In this document: positions 1 through 14,986 of the stretch, one piece after another
Position numbering within the stretch: position 1 is the stretch's first letter
Layout of the letters: the number at the start of each line of letters is the position of its first letter
Assembly (NCBI GenBank): GCA_012295275.1
Contig: CM022678.1
Span: 12,276,001-12,340,000 of the forward strand
Length of the DNA: 64,000 nt
Reading direction: 5' to 3'
Origin: Chrysomallon squamiferum
Taxonomy: Eukaryota > Animalia > Mollusca
Program-made: the position numbers and the translations under genes
Notes under the pieces: model-generated
What the model saw: only the letters and a program-made list of their open reading frames with translations
Told to the model about the DNA's origin: nothing
Databases searched by the model: none

Positions 1-202
1 TTTTATTCATTGTAATAATATTAAATATTACATTTGGAAATGCAAAACACTTTGCTTATAGGATTCTGCGTGTTGCTTTTAATAGAGATTTTTTAAACTG
101 CTCATGTATGTATACATTTTTTTTGAGGGGAAGGAGAAAGAGTACTAATGTTCTTCACTGTGTTTCTTCAGTTAAATCTAAAATATTTTTTTGTTTCTGC
201 AG

Positions 203-3200
203 GCCAGCAAGGTGGAAGAGTTAGGTAAAAATGTTGATTTTGAAGAGGAGATTAAACTTAGAAATAAAATGGTTTATGTTCCAAACTGGTTTACAGTAGA
301 TTTGAAAACTGGGGTGAGTCTTAAAACCAGGCTTTTAAAATAAAATTGTACATGAAGAGTAGGTGCCAGGAAAATAGTATTTATCTGTTATTGAAAAACA
401 ACAGAGATTAGGTGACAGGAAAATAGTATTTTTTATCAGTTATTGAAAAATAGAACACAGATTAGGTGACAGGAAAATAGTATTTTTATCAGTTATTAAA
501 AAACAAAACAGAGATTAGGTGACAGGAAAATAGTATTTTTTATCAGTTATTGAAAAATAGAACACAGATTAGGTGACAGGAAAATAGTATTTTTATCAGT
601 TATTGAAAAACAAACACAGATTAGGTGACAGGAAAATAGTATTTTTATCAGTTATTAAAAAAACAAACAGAGATTAGGTGACAGGAAAATAGTATTTTTA
701 TCAGTTATTGAAAAATAGAACACAGATTAGGTGACAGGAAAATAGTATTTTTATCAGTTATTGAAAAACAGAACACAGATTAGGTGACAGGAAAATAGTA
801 TTTTTATCAGTTATTGAAAAAACAAACAGAGATTAGGTGACAGGAAAATAGTATTTTTATCAGTTATTGAAAAACAGAACACAGATTAGGTGACAGGAAA
901 ATAGTATTTTTATCAGTTATTGAAAAATAGAACACAGATTAGGTGACAGGAAAATAGTATTTTTAATGTCTAATGTTTAATAGCAATGGACAAGCAAGAA
1001 GCTTAGAGTCCCTGTGTAATAATTCCTTTTTCCAGTAGTAAATATATTGACAACATTTGCATGTATTTGTTAAAATGATAAATGAAAATGTGTTATGATT
1101 ATATCTACAGTAATGTTAACAAATTAATTATTTTTCAGTTGTTAACAATACACTTGGAGGAGTCGGATTGTTTCGCTGCCTGGATGTCAATACGAGAGCT
1201 TGACATGCCACAGCAGTGTGACCCATCCGATACCAAGAGTAGGTGTCAGGAAAATACTTTTCTATTTTGTATTGTTACTGTTAAATTACGGATTAAAGAT
1301 ACAAAGTACATTTGTAAACATTGATACCAAGAGTAGATGTCAGGAAAATATTTTTCTATTTTGTATTGTTACAGTTGTATTGTTACATTTTTAAATATAT
1401 GGAAGATAGGTGATAGTAATTTTTGAATCTGCCTTTTATAGTGATGAACAAGTCAATGGTATAAAGTTATCTTGTAATCTCCATCACTAATGTGATCTAA
1501 GAATAGAAAAAACAGTAAAGTAATCAAAATTATTTATTAACATCCACAGAAATATTTTTGTTGATGATAAAGTATTTTATTTCAGTAAACATTGGAACTT
1601 CCCTGCTTCAGGCTTTGTTGGAATACTGGCCTAAAGCTCACTTAGAGGAGGGGCAGGGTGAGTTTTCATTTATTTTAACAAAAAAGTTTTAATAAAGAAA
1701 GAGACAAGCAGCAAGGGATCCTATAAATGTTTGTGAGAAACTGTAAAAATGTACCACAGCTTTTGACAAATGAGTCATATTGAACTCTTGGCTGTAGCCT
1801 AAATATTGCACTAAAAGATAATAATCTTGAAACCGATTTCTGTATATAGGAAGCTAACTCTTTTAAAAGTTCAAATGCATTTCTTTTAATAAATTTCACC
1901 ACTATTAGCAACTAACACAGAAATGTTTTGAAATGATTTATTATAAAAAGAAATACTCCACATAAAAAGGCTGAGAAGTTTGAATTATCAAATCTGTTTT
2001 AAGTTTGTATGCAAAGATTTTATTGCTTTCAAACAGTCACAGAAATAACCAGTCAAGACTCGATTCAGGATTCTACATGAGTATTAATAACAGATTAATG
2101 ATGTGTTAGTACAGATTAGTACCTGTCTTTTTCAGAAAACAATGGAGCAGAAAAGACAGGTAATTCTGGATCAGTGTTTGCTGTACCTGGACACACACCT
2201 GTTATATTCAGGTAAAAAAACGTTTTGTACTCATTTTCTTAAGTAACTAAGAATAATTATTTAAACTGTATTAAATTCAATATTTTCATCAAAGATGTTT
2301 TTTTTAAAGATTTAATTACTCATTAGTAACACAAAATTGTAATGGTTAATTTATTTACTTTTCTTTTATAATTGATTTAAATGACAAATTAACTACTAGA
2401 GAGTGAGAAAGATGCCACAAATACAGAGAAAGAGAGAATAAGTGAGAGAGGATGAGTGAGAGAATGAATAATAGAATGAATGAGAGAAAGAAAAAGAAAA
2501 AGAGGGTGGGGAATAGGTAGGATGGATTATGAATGCTAAAACTTTTTAAACTGAGCAGTTCTGTATTTATTAACTATTCAAAATCAAATAACTGAAATGT
2601 TTTGTTTACACTTTTTGTTTTTGTTTTCACTGTTTTTTTGTTTAGTTTGTTTTTATTTTGTTTATACTGTTTGTTTTTGTTTTGTTTATACTGTTTTTGT
2701 TTTTGTTTTGTTTATATGTTTGTTTTTGTTTTGTTTATACTGTTTTTGTTTTGTTTATGCTGTTCTTGTTTTTGTTTTGTTTACACTGTTTTGTTTTGTT
2801 TATACTGTTTTTGTTTTTGTTTGGTTTGGTTTAGACACTGTTTTTGTTTTGTTTGCACTGTTTTTGTTTTTGTTTTGTTTTGTTTGCACTGTTTTTGTTT
2901 TGTTTATACTGTTTGTTTTGTTTACACTGTTTTTGTTTTGTTTGGTTTAGACACTGTTTGTTTTTGTTTTGTTTACACTGGGTTTTTTTGTTATTATTTT
3001 TTAGTGAAGTTGGTGGTAGAACGCTGTTCCGTTTGTTGTGTCGGGATGCTGGAGGGGAGACAGAGCAGATGTTACTGAGTGAGACTGTCCCACTCTGGGT
3101 GTCAGACGTCGTTGTACAGGTAAAGTATCATCATCCCTCCACAACAAACATAAACATTTCTTTATTACATCACTGTTTGGTCTTTATTTCTAAATATTTG

Positions 3201-5306
3201 CAAATATTAATGTTTTGTTTTAACTGTTAATATAATTTCATTTAAGTAATTACTGTATTTATAATGAAAAATGTTTAAAAAAAATCTCAGTATAATGGGA
3301 TTTTAGGTGTTGTTTTTTAATTAATATATTCATAATTAATCTCGCTTGTAAGTTGTCAAACTGATGTGAATTAATGTTTACTAAGATACATACATAATTC
3401 TAATTTTCTTTTGGTATTGTTCTTTTAGAAAAATGTTCCGAAATTCAACAAAATACCTTTCTTTTTACAACCACATCCAAGCACAGGTATCAAACCAGTA
3501 AAAAAGTAAGTAATTTTTTTTATTAAAATAAGTTTTTCCAATTTAAAATGATTAATTAAAGAAAAGTAGCAGTAAGGGTAGTTAACTAAAAAAAAAAAAT
3601 AAAATAAAATAAAAATAAAGTAATAAATTTGAGATTGTTCTTTTGACAGATTATTGTAAAAGGACTTTATGAGAAAGGAACTGTATTTTCACAACTTCAC
3701 AAAATATTATTTTTTTTATAGAAGCAACTGTTCTTTCATGAACAGCCCTGTAGTTTATTTCAGTCTGAACTAGTTCATAGTTAGAGTGTGGAATATTATT
3801 ATGTTTTACTGGATTGACTGTTTCTTCTTTTAGCTTAATCAGACCATTGTTTTGTTGTTTGTTTTTGAATTGAAATTATATATTTTAAGTTATGTGTTGA
3901 ATATTTTCATCGTATTTTATTTTTTCATATATTTTAAATTATGGGTGCACTGTTTTTACTCTTTTGTTTATTTTTTTATTTTTTGTTCTTCTTTTTATAT
4001 TCCTTGTTCTAAAATCAGAGACCGTTTGTCTGCAAGTGACATGATACAGGTTAGAAAGGTCATTGAGCATGTGTACGAGAAGGTCCTGGGTCAAGGATCA
4101 GACTCAGGGTCACAGACAGCCAATGGGAGTAGCCAGGACACAAAGGATGGAGAGAAAGATGAGGATTTGGCATCCATAGCTGAAGAAAGACTAGAACTGT
4201 TGTGTAATGATGTTGTGAGTATAAGATTTTTATTTCTTCACTTTGTTTTTATTTTTATTTAGATCACTGACTACTCGTTTCTGAAAAAATATAATGAAAG
4301 GATTGGTACTAATATTGTCATTTATTTCTTATTAGTAATAGGAAGTGGAATGATGCTCTCTATGAGAAAGTAGTGACATTTGCATTAATTCATAGGATGT
4401 AATAGTAGTACTAGTGGTGGTCATGATGAGGTTACTGTAGTAGCATCAATGCATAGTAGTTACAGTAGTGGTAATGTTAGTAGTAATAGGTGTAATGCTA
4501 GTGGTAATGATGTAATAGTAATATATTTGTTGGTGTTGTTACTATTAGCACTAATTCATAAGTTGTAGAAGCAGCTGTGGCAATGATGATGTGGTGGTGG
4601 TGGTGGTGGTAATATTAATATAAATAGTTGTATCAGTAGTGGTAATGAGGTATTATGGCAGTAACATTGTTGAAACTATTAACACTAATTCATAGTAGTA
4701 GTAATGGTGGGGATGGTGATGCTATTGTTAATACTAATTGTAGTAGTAGTGGTAATGGTGGTGGCAATGTGATATATGTATATGTATTGAATCACATTAT
4801 CACTAATTCATATTATTGTACAGATAGTAGTAAAAATGGTAACATTAGCATATTTGACATATTATTGTTGTTATTATTGGCATTAATTTATAGTAGTAAT
4901 TATTGTACCAGTAGTTGTAATGATAGTAATAATATATTTTCATAAAATTAATTTTGTTGTTACCATTAGCATTAATTTATAGCAGTAATTATCATATCTA
5001 ATAATGGTAATGATTGCGACATTATTATATTTCTAATAAACTTGTCTTGGTTATTACTGTTAACAATAATTAATAATAGTTATAATAATGAAACTTCATT
5101 GTCTCTCTCAGAAGTATAGTTCTGATCACATTATTATTACTGTTACTGTTTTTCTGCAGGTGCTGGATCCTAACATGGACTTGAGGACTGTGAAACATTT
5201 TATTTGGAAACAGACTGGTGACCTGACTCTACATTACCGACCTCTGGCTAAGAAAGACTTACACTCATTCTGTAAATACTCCTCACTGAACCAGCCTGAT
5301 ACTTAA
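203..5306 (+). CDS. WDR48: WD repeat-containing protein 48 (UAF1), 3' part: last 8 coding exons (gene starts upstream of window)
   Basis: GT-AG exons 203-313, 1139-1238, 1586-1657, 2136-2211, 3005-3119, 3429-3505, 4019-4214, 5160-5306 join in phase. They give ...[31 protein letters not shown]...[10 protein letters not shown]...[27 protein letters not shown]...[12 protein letters not shown]...[21 protein letters not shown]...[17 protein letters not shown], closely matching the WDR48 C-terminal region. Confidence 0.96.
357..965. repeat. Intronic minisatellite, ~53-bp unit (GATTAGGTGACAGGAAAATAGTATTTTTATCAGTTATTGAAAAACAGAACACA), ~11 copies
   Basis: Directly visible head-to-tail units in a WDR48 intron. 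Confidence 0.95.
2597..2995. repeat. T/G-rich low-complexity tandem repeat (GTTT(A/T)(T/C)ACTGTTTTTGTTTT-like units) abutting a WDR48 acceptor
   Basis: Visible repeat; it explains the F/C/V-rich ORFs at 2597-3078. Confidence 0.9.
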
Positions 5307-5456
5307 AAAAATTGAAAAAAAAACAAACGATAAAAACATTCTACAGTTAACCTGTAATATTTCACCAATCCAGGCCAGAGAGAGAGAAAATTCTGACAGA
5401 GTATGCGGGTTCAACAATTTGTTTTATGAGTAGTGTGTGCCCATAATCTACATACA

Positions 5457-5540
5457 TGAAGATGAGTTTTATTCTTTAAACAGGACGACATTCAGAAGAA
5501 GATGAGTTTTATTCTTTAAACAGGACGACATTCAGAAAAA
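5457..5540. repeat. Two-copy ~41-bp tandem duplication in the WDR48 3' region
   Basis: GAAGATGAGTTTTATTCTTTAAACAGGACGACATTCAGAA occurs twice in tandem. Confidence 0.85.
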
Positions 5541-8500
5541 GATGTATGTAAAAAAGATCAAGATAATAAGAACAAAATAATTTTTTTTTAAAAGTGCAAA
5601 AATGTCTAGAAAGATCTACTCTTGTTGGTGCAACCCAACTGTAAACCAATACACATAGACAGAGTAAATATTCTATAAAGACTGAGACTGAGGGGAGAAA
5701 ACAACTGAAATGTAAATTCTTAGAGTATATTCTGTATAGAAGAAGATGAAGTATAAAAACTAAACCTGACAGAAAGAATATTACAGTCAGGATCATTATA
5801 AATTTCCCAAAGGGTATTCTATTGGTCCAAACACATTATATTGACTAGTATGAATATTCTGCACAGACTGAGGCAGTTTTATAACATCTAATATTTAATG
5901 AATTTCAATAGAGAGTGATAATGATTGCAGATGTTTATATTTCATTGCATATTATTATTAAATTAAATTGTTCAAATTTAGCAAAGTGAAAAGATGAAAT
6001 GAAATATCTGTAACTTATAATAAAAATTTTATAAAATGAATATATATATATAGAATAAATGAATTTGAAAAAAAAATATATATATGGGAATTTACTTAGT
6101 CTTTAAATTGAAATAAGTCTTGAATAAGAGATGAATTTCATTATGACTAAATTATAAGAAGAAAAAAGAACTAGATTTGTCCAGTGAACAGACAAATAAG
6201 GTGAAAGCTGGAAAAATAAACCTAATTAATCCGACTTAGTTTAACATTTTATTATCATTATTTTTGTTAAAGTTATCAATGATTTTTCCCTTTTTTAAGA
6301 ATGTATTCTCTATTATTAGTCATTTTCTTTTTTATATTATATATATTATTTTTCTGAAAATAATGTAAAAACCAAATACAATGGTGAAGAATCAGTGTTT
6401 TATCTAAATGTTTCATATTTGTGATTTAAAAAGGGCATTAATCTTTGAGCACTTACAAATAAAATTATTTTATCGTATCACAAAATAACAGATTTTTCTG
6501 TCCAAGATTAAAAAATAAATTCTTTTTAATCTTCATATTACCTTTTTGTGCTGATGAAATTGTAATTATTATAGTTTGATTGTGATTACAATTGAACAGT
6601 TTTCAGCTAAGCTGGTAAATTTGCCTATGTAATGAAAATAAAGTTATCTTGTTTTTAATCTTCTTTTTATTTATAGGTTTGTGTGCGTGTCTGATGGGGT
6701 TTTCAAAAACTGATGTTTATCAGATTATAATTGTTGTTACAGATGTAAATTCTGTTCAAGTAATTGTCAGACACAAATGGTTTAATTGTCTCAGGATGCA
6801 GGAAGTAAAGTATTGGCCACATGCTCTTGTTATTATGACACTAATTAAGTGATGGGGTGGGATGTTAAAATGGGTTGGTACTATGTCATTACAACAAAAC
6901 TTAAAACATAACTTCAACTTTTGACCAGCAATAGTTTATTTGTTATATAAGCTGTGAAAAATTAGCTGAAAGAAATTCAATAAATGTTAGCATAAAGACA
7001 AAATGCCCACTTTCAAATTTAAATAAAATAAAAAAATATCACATAAATTGGCACACAAATGACTAAAATTAACGAAGTCGCATTATGAGATTCAAACACT
7101 TGTATTTACATTTCATTATGAATGTAATATATCACATACAAAAAGACATGTCTGTAACAGTTGTTACATTTGGTTACTGGTAAAACTGTTTGATTTTAAC
7201 ATGACGTTATTATTCACTACCAAATAAACACATCTGAATTATTAATACAGAATATCCCAGTAAAATGTACACACTCTGATTTATTAAAAAATTTATATCA
7301 CAGAGTTATCATGGACTGTTTTGGTCCAGTCGCTAATGATAATTTTGAGAAATGGAATTAAAAAGAACATGAATCATTCCATTGTATATATGGGTGCATT
7401 CATTTTCAACTCACATTCATCTCACTGACTGCAGCAGGCTGTGTCTATACATTTTACTGAGAGACTCTATAATATTGTAATTTGACAATCTGATTTATAG
7501 CAGTATTGTACATTTATTTTATATAAGATTTGTTTGATTAAAAGTTATGTAAATACATCATTAACAAATGCTAACTCAGTGTTTTCGGTTACTTTGTTTG
7601 TTGGTACAAAACATAAAAATTATTAAAATAGTTTCTACAAATCACTAAAGGTACACTCAAATAACAACAAGAAACAATATTATAGATGAAACTTTGATTC
7701 ATGTTCAAGTGAAAATATCAAAAATGTTTTCCAATGATAATTATACATTATGCTAATGAATTATATATATAAATATATTTATGATAAATCATAATTCATC
7801 CTTCTGCAAAATAATTGAAGAAAAAACTGCATTGAAAGAGAAAAAAAATTAAAATTAAAATAAGTAAAATAATAATATAATAATAACAACAAATAGTGTG
7901 AACACATTTACTACAATCAATATAGGCTTGATGAAAATAATAATTTTTGTATTTCTACTAGAATTAATTAATGGGAATGTCCAGATTTTAACATATAATT
8001 TTAAATTAATAATTTGGCTAAATGTCATTACTATCAGTATTACGTGAATGTGTCTTCTGACTTGGTCTGTTAAACTGTTGATGCTTAGAATATTTTTAAC
8101 TATTTCAGACTTCTGTTAATAATAAATTCATTATCCAAGTTAATCAAATTTATACTGCTCAGTTTCAATGTGTGTGTGTGTATGTTTGCGTGTTTTATGG
8201 GTTTATGTTGTGTGCATGTTTATGCATGCAGGTGTGTATGTGTGCAAGTGTGTATCTGTTTTTATTGTGTATGTGCACATGTGTGTTTGTTTTGTAATTG
8301 TTTTATAATAAATATTTCAATAAAGAATGGCTGATAATTAATTCCAGGTGTGAAAAAATTAAAAACAAAAAATTTTAAAATTTAAGGTATTATTTGGAAT
8401 GAACTGACTAATAGTGAAAATTTTAGCACCATAATATAAAAATGTTGTTTAAAAAATATAAATAAATAATTAAATTGTAAGCATTTGACTTGATTCCATT

Positions 8501-10777
8501 CAGCAAGTTAACAAAGTAATTTTATTAATTATAAATGAAATACATTGTAATAAATTGATTATAAGGTAAACACTAAAAAAATAACATCAAATACTTTTTT
8601 AAAAGTTGTTATTATACTTAACACAATAACATGAGACAACTCAAAGTGAGACAACTATTATATATGGAATTATAACTATGGAAATAGGTACGTATATGTT
8701 ACACTAAAGGGGTATAACCCCTGAAAATACTGCACTATCTCAGAACACAGACAACACACAGTAAGAGAGTAGTCCTGTAAATACTCTTAATATTTTAGAA
8801 AGTGTGATTTTAATATAAAAAGGTGTACATTCTGTGAACAACAGGGAAGATCAGTTAAAATACTGTAAAACAAAAATAATTTCTAAATGTAGCAATTCTT
8901 ACTACATTATAAAACTTTTGACCAAAAATATCAGTTATAAAAAAAATATGAAAAACAAAACAGTGGCTCTAAGGAATTGTCACAAAAAATGCAATGAGGT
9001 AACACATGTATATAAAACAAGTATAAAAGCTGTATACAAAATGTAAATGAAAAATATTTTAACATAATAATGATTGCACAATACTGGACTAGATTATCTC
9101 CCTCTTTCACACAAAACACAATTCACACAAAACTACATATAGCACTATCAATTAAAAAAATTAAACTCATGTTGGAAATGGGTATCAGTTCAAATTTTAG
9201 AATTCGTAATCTTATTATGCAAAGACTATTAGATTATCAGCAAAAAAATGGAAAGCATTTTTATCAATTCCTCAAAAAAAATACTCATTAAATATAAATT
9301 TCAACAAACTAGTGCAGGGATTATGTAATTCAACTAATAAAAATATTGTAACCAAATTTTGGCAATATATTTCTTAAATATTAATTTACCGATAATACAA
9401 CTAATGTTTTGAAAAACCTATATATATTGAAAAGTCTGTAAAAGTTAAATTAAGAAAAAGGTAATTCAAAGGTAGAAATTTTTCTAGTAAATGCATTTAC
9501 GGTGATCTGAACCAGAAAATCTGTAAACAAATTAGCATCACAGAAAACTGTGTAGTTATGTTTAGGACCGTGTTAACTCAAATTGCAGTCCACAGACATT
9601 CACTTATTATGGGTCCTTTCTGGACAACTGCAGTGTCAGTTTAAAAAAAAATAAAAAAAATAAATTAAATGTCTGTAGACTTTAACCTAGTCAGACTTAC
9701 AAATGAATAATGCTGGCATGGGTATGATGATAAATTTATAAACAAATAATTTTTTTAATTTAAATTACTTTTTTGTATGTACAAAGCTACTGCCCTATAA
9801 ATAAGACTTAACATAAGCAAGTGCTTATAAGGAATGACCAACAGATAGAGAGACTATTTTATTATGAGACAGTAAACATAATCTCCAAATTTCCAGCTAA
9901 CATAATTATGCTTACATCACATTAAAACATTATTTATCAAAATAAACATTTATGTTTATTCAGATCTGTTAAACAATTTAATATTTCATATCCTAATTGA
10001 TAATTTTATTTCAAATAATATAATATAATATATATGTATATATATATAATAAACATTTTTTATAGAAACTTTATCAATCCATTATAAAAGTAATTATTTC
10101 AATCCTAGTAAGCAGTTATATGGATTTAATCATTTCTGTTAAGTTGTGACAATATTTTTTTCAAACTTTTAACAATAACAATGTCGAATATGACCAAAAA
10201 TAAAATAACAAATAAAAATATGGGAAGCTCAAAAGAAAAACAAACTGAAATTTATCTTGAATGAATGATGTAAAAGTGAATAAAAAGTAAATAAAATGTC
10301 TTTGTGATGAGGTTCAACAATATTATTACTTACTAAAACATTTGTTATTTCATTTTCTCTCTGCTTGTAAGCAAAGTAATTAATACAAGTCTTAAGATCT
10401 GGATACTAAATAAATCTTAAATATTTCTACATATTAATAGTACTAGTACTGTAATAACAATAACAATAATAATAAATAATAAATAATAATAATAGCATTA
10501 GTATTATTAATAATAAATAACCATAAATTTATAATAATAATATTGATAAAAAAATAACAATAAATAATAATAATAATATTATTATTATTTCTTTTCTAAC
10601 ACAAAATAAAAAGAAACTCATTGAGTAATATGACATATTTTTCATAGGTGGAAACCGCAGTATTTGTTATTTTGGTTTCATTAATTCACTCCAAGATTTA
10701 ACAAGCACAATAATCTGGTTGTTTTAGATATCGTGGTAAGGCAAATTATGTTGGAGTATTTCGGGAACTAATAATAA

Positions 10778-13647
10778 CTAGTCTATAAGAAAGAACTCTT
10801 CGTCTAAATATGTACCTTGTTTTTTCTCATTCAGTGTTTTTCCAGTGTTAGAAAACTGGTCAAGTGGAAACGTTTCTGAACGGGTTCTGAAAATAAATAA
10901 ATCAAAATATATTTTTATCACTGACTAATTAGACTGGTCTATATGATTTATTTAAAACTTGATAAATCTGTTATCCAAATATCCTTATTTCATTAAATTT
11001 AAAAACAAGTTTTAATTATGTTTTATTTCATAATTAATAATCACCTTAATTAATCTGCAAATGATTATTTGAAAACTTAAACTAGAGAAACAATATGATT
11101 AGATCAAAAAGTAAATAAATATGTACTGATATTACAAGTCCTATAATAAAGCATATTTAATATTCTTTTACTAATTTTTTGATTCCCCTGTGAAGATTTG
11201 AACCTACTTGAAATGGTTACTAGAAGGCCAGTATATATGCTGTTCTCCAAAACTGAAATTTTCGTCTCCTACAAGCTGTTTGGCCCATGACTCATTGTTG
11301 TATGGTGGCTCAGTTCCTCCAAGTTCTGCGGGTAAAAACTCCTTACTGATGTGCTGATGCAGTGTCGTCAAGTTTATTCCATGCATCTGAATCTAAAATG
11401 TGTCATTAAAAAATTTAATGATTTTGAAAATGTAAAACAAATATATAAAAGAAAGTTCAGATTCTGTCTTTGTAGGGGAAGGGCAGATCTCTTGTGAAAT
11501 TAATAAACATGAGCTTCAGGGCTCATAATCCCGACGACCATACTGCTTCAAAATCTGAGAAGCCATGGTCAAATTTTAAAATATTTTTATGGTAATCTGT
11601 CATGGTTGAACAAGTCCACTAAAGAAGGAAACAGTTGTTACTGGAGCTTTGTATTTGTGAAGGGCCACCATAACAGTTCAAGCTTCAGGGGCCCAAAAAG
11701 ATAGTGCCACTATTGGCAGGGAAGGAATGAAAATGAAAGTAAGAGTTTTAGTATTATTAAAAAAGTAAATTTACTAAATAGTTTTTTTAAATTAACTCTG
11801 GAGATTCTTTTATCTAGACTTGGTTACTGGAAGGAACTAACTAAAATATTCCAATGAGTGCAGTGAGGAATAACTTGATCCATCAAGACAACTGAGTAAT
11901 GTCCAAACATAAGTATGTTAAATTTCACAATTCAGAAATTCAACAATATAAACTACTTTGCACCAGAATACACAGACATTAATCATTTTTATATTACATA
12001 GGAAAAAGAAATCTTCCAAGAATGAAGATGCACTATAAAATAGAAAAATCCTGACTATAAATTTACAGTAAAATTTGTATAATGTTAAAAAGGCTAAGAT
12101 AACAAAAATACAATTGATAGTTAATATACCTTATTTCTATTTTTCTCTTTTAGGAATGGTTTGAGCATTTTGAAAATTCCTTCGATGTACCACGGCTGAC
12201 TCACAAAATGTATGGCAGCAAATCTGGCAGGAAAGCAATCCTAGATTAAAACATTAAAAATAATTTTAAAAGATTTATACTTATAAATTTTATGTTAAAA
12301 CAAAATATTAAATTATTAGAAATTTTATTTAAAAAGAGAAAGTGGATAACATAAAAAAAAAGAGCAGAAAATGAAATATTCATTTCTCGAGTAGCAGAAG
12401 AGTAGACCATACTTTAGATTGCTTATAAATAACATAAAAAAAAAAAAAAAAAAAGGAAATTAAATTTAAAATCTCCTTCCTATCCTACCTGCAGTCCTTC
12501 AATCATAAGTTTAAGAATTTTAGGGTTGAGCCACGTTGACTGTTTAAACGTAAATTCACTCCAGTCAACGATGACAACAAAGCCATTAATCTGTACAGCC
12601 TCATCGTCTATGAGTTTCTCCAGGGTTAACAAGATTGCACGGTAGATGGCTGCCAGTCCATAGCGTGTGTTATCCCAGTACGCGGAATACAGCACCAGAA
12701 TCTTTCGTCCAAACACGTCGGTGTGAGGCAGAACTCCAGGTAATCCATCAAACAAAGCCTCCTTCACTCCCACCTCCGATGAGTGGAAACGCTTAAATAA
12801 GTTTTTGTTGTTCTGTCGATATTCAAAATACCTAGCATACAGTCGGAATGATTCTTCAACATTAAATTTTCTAGCACGAAGGAATCTCAAGATGAAAGCA
12901 TAATCTTCTCGAAGGAATTCTGAAAACATGAACAATTATAATAGAATAATAAATTTAATAACAAAGAAAGGAAGAAAATAAAATTATAGTTATATTAATA
13001 ATAATTATTCTTAATGAATAATAATAATTATAAAAACAATGCTAAAACAACAATTTAATGTTGATATTAAAGCAAAACATAAAATAAATAAGCTGATAAA
13101 ATTTAGTTTAAAATACTTCACCATCACCGGTTCTAATGAAAAATAAAAAATAATAATGGTGTTAATCCAGTTTATTATATATATGTGGAATGATTAAAAT
13201 GCTAAAAATAATAAACCATTTACATATTAAACATTAACTGATATCAGCATACACTGCATATCTGATTATAGCCCAGAATTCCTTACAGAAATTTTACAAC
13301 ATCCAAGCTGGATCAGTTTGATGCACAAAAGTAATGTATTGCAACCTTTCAGTAAAGTACTACTCTAGTCTCTACTGTAGGCTTATTATTTGAAATCACC
13401 TAAACAGTCTGCTTCATTAACAATAGCTTGAAACATACTGAGGTTTACAGGTATATGGACAATGAAAATTTATTTTCATCTCTCGTTTTAGTCAGATCAA
13501 ATCCGAACACTTACTAATATCAGGCCGAGTTTTTATTAATTCTTGTACAGCATGAACAGCTTCGTGTCTGCTTGCAGGAATTTCATTTAGTTCATGTTGG
13601 GCTTTTCTTACCAGCTCATCAGACAAACCCCATCCATACTCGGCCAT
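10778..13647 (-). CDS. Clavesin-like CRAL-TRIO (Sec14) lipid-binding protein, complete, 5 coding exons
   Basis: Exons 13647-13515, 12919-12489, 12240-12130, 11392-11208, 10886-10778 join in phase with GT-AG ends. Translation: MAEYGWGLSDELVRKAQHELNE...RPDIKFLREDYAFILRFLRARKF...LFDGLPGVL...QINGFVVIVDWSEFTFKQ...[24 protein letters not shown]...MHGINLTTLHQHISKEFLPAELGGTEPPY. This is typical of clavesin (CLVS1/2). Confidence 0.93.
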
Positions 13648-14645
13648 GATGAGTCTACAAATATTAATTAAACAATTAATCCATTTAAAAAAAAATTATA
13701 AAACATTAAAAACATTTTTTTTTTAAAAGAAAAGAAGAAGATTAAACGCATTTCATTTTTGTTACATTAATATAAAACCATAATCATTTCAACATTTGCA
13801 GACAAAAAACAAAATTTACATTTTCGTCTTTCGGTTTTACAATTAAATTTAAGTGAACAAACCTAGTTCTCCAGTTCCACCACTCCTCACTGCATCGATC
13901 ACTAAAACACTGATGAATTAATTATATTTCATTGTTGTTTTGATTACAATAATTTTGTTTTGAAATGTCTGGAATTTCTTTAGTTTGAAGCATTCCAGAC
14001 ATTTCACATTATCGTGCAGACATCTTACGACTAAAATAAACCTAGCGAACAACTGCAGCTTTTGTGAAATCCGCAAATTTACAACTCAAGTGACCAGTCT
14101 ATCGTTGGCAGGCGTTCTTTTTTTCCTTCTTCTTTTTCTTTAAAACAGAACCTCAGTTTCAGTACTTTTAACGCTTTTTAATAAAATATATAACGCATAA
14201 CATTTTTAAGTTATAAATAATAAGATTCCAGAATACATAATAAAACTTCTCAAAATTATGGTTTGTTTTTAGTTATTAGTATGCACTGGACTTTATTATC
14301 ATCGTTCGCTAGCTCAGTCGAAGTCGGCAGACTCCAGATTTTATTTACCCCATTTATTTCATGCCTTGTATATTATTTATTGACTTCTACTCAAGATTTA
14401 GTGGGGTTTTGTTTTGATTTATTTTTGCAGAAATAATTATCTTTTCGTAAGCTTACTTCATTACCAAATATGTAGATAGCACAGAACAAATAACATTAAT
14501 TACGATGGTTACAAAATCATTTACTGATTTTGGCTCTGTATTTGTTCTTCTTTCATTCCTTGTAAAATAATAACTAATAAGTATTATCTTTTATTTTTCT
14601 GAAATTATAAAATTTAAAAACTTTTATATTATATTTATTTATTTA

Positions 14646-14677
<32 letters not shown>

Positions 14678-14947
14678 TCTTTTTTCTTTTTCTATTCATT
14701 TTTTTTTGCTTTAGCAATGTGATAACATTTATTTTTGATATCTTTCATGAATTAGTTTTATGTTTGTTTAAGTTATATTTACCACGAGATCTTTGACCTA
14801 ATTTAAAAGTTAAAAACGTCGCTACTATGCCCAAATGAGTTCTGATCTGATTCCACGGTGAACTTATCATCCACGACATTGATGTTTTAGACTTACAGAA
14901 ACGGTAACTGTTTGGATCAACAGTATTTACAGCTGGGATGTGATTTC

Positions 14948-14986
<39 letters not shown>

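Noticed and set aside
2037-2090. Possible extra WDR48 exon ([14 protein letters not shown])
   Set aside because: It reaches TGA before any GT donor in the required phase, and the flanking exons already join in frame.
2597-3078. Hydrophobic F/C/V-rich ORFs
   Set aside because: Translation of an intronic T-rich repeat.
11470-11725. GC-richer intronic block with GGGCCC, MITE-like
   Set aside because: No TIR pair or TSD could be confirmed.
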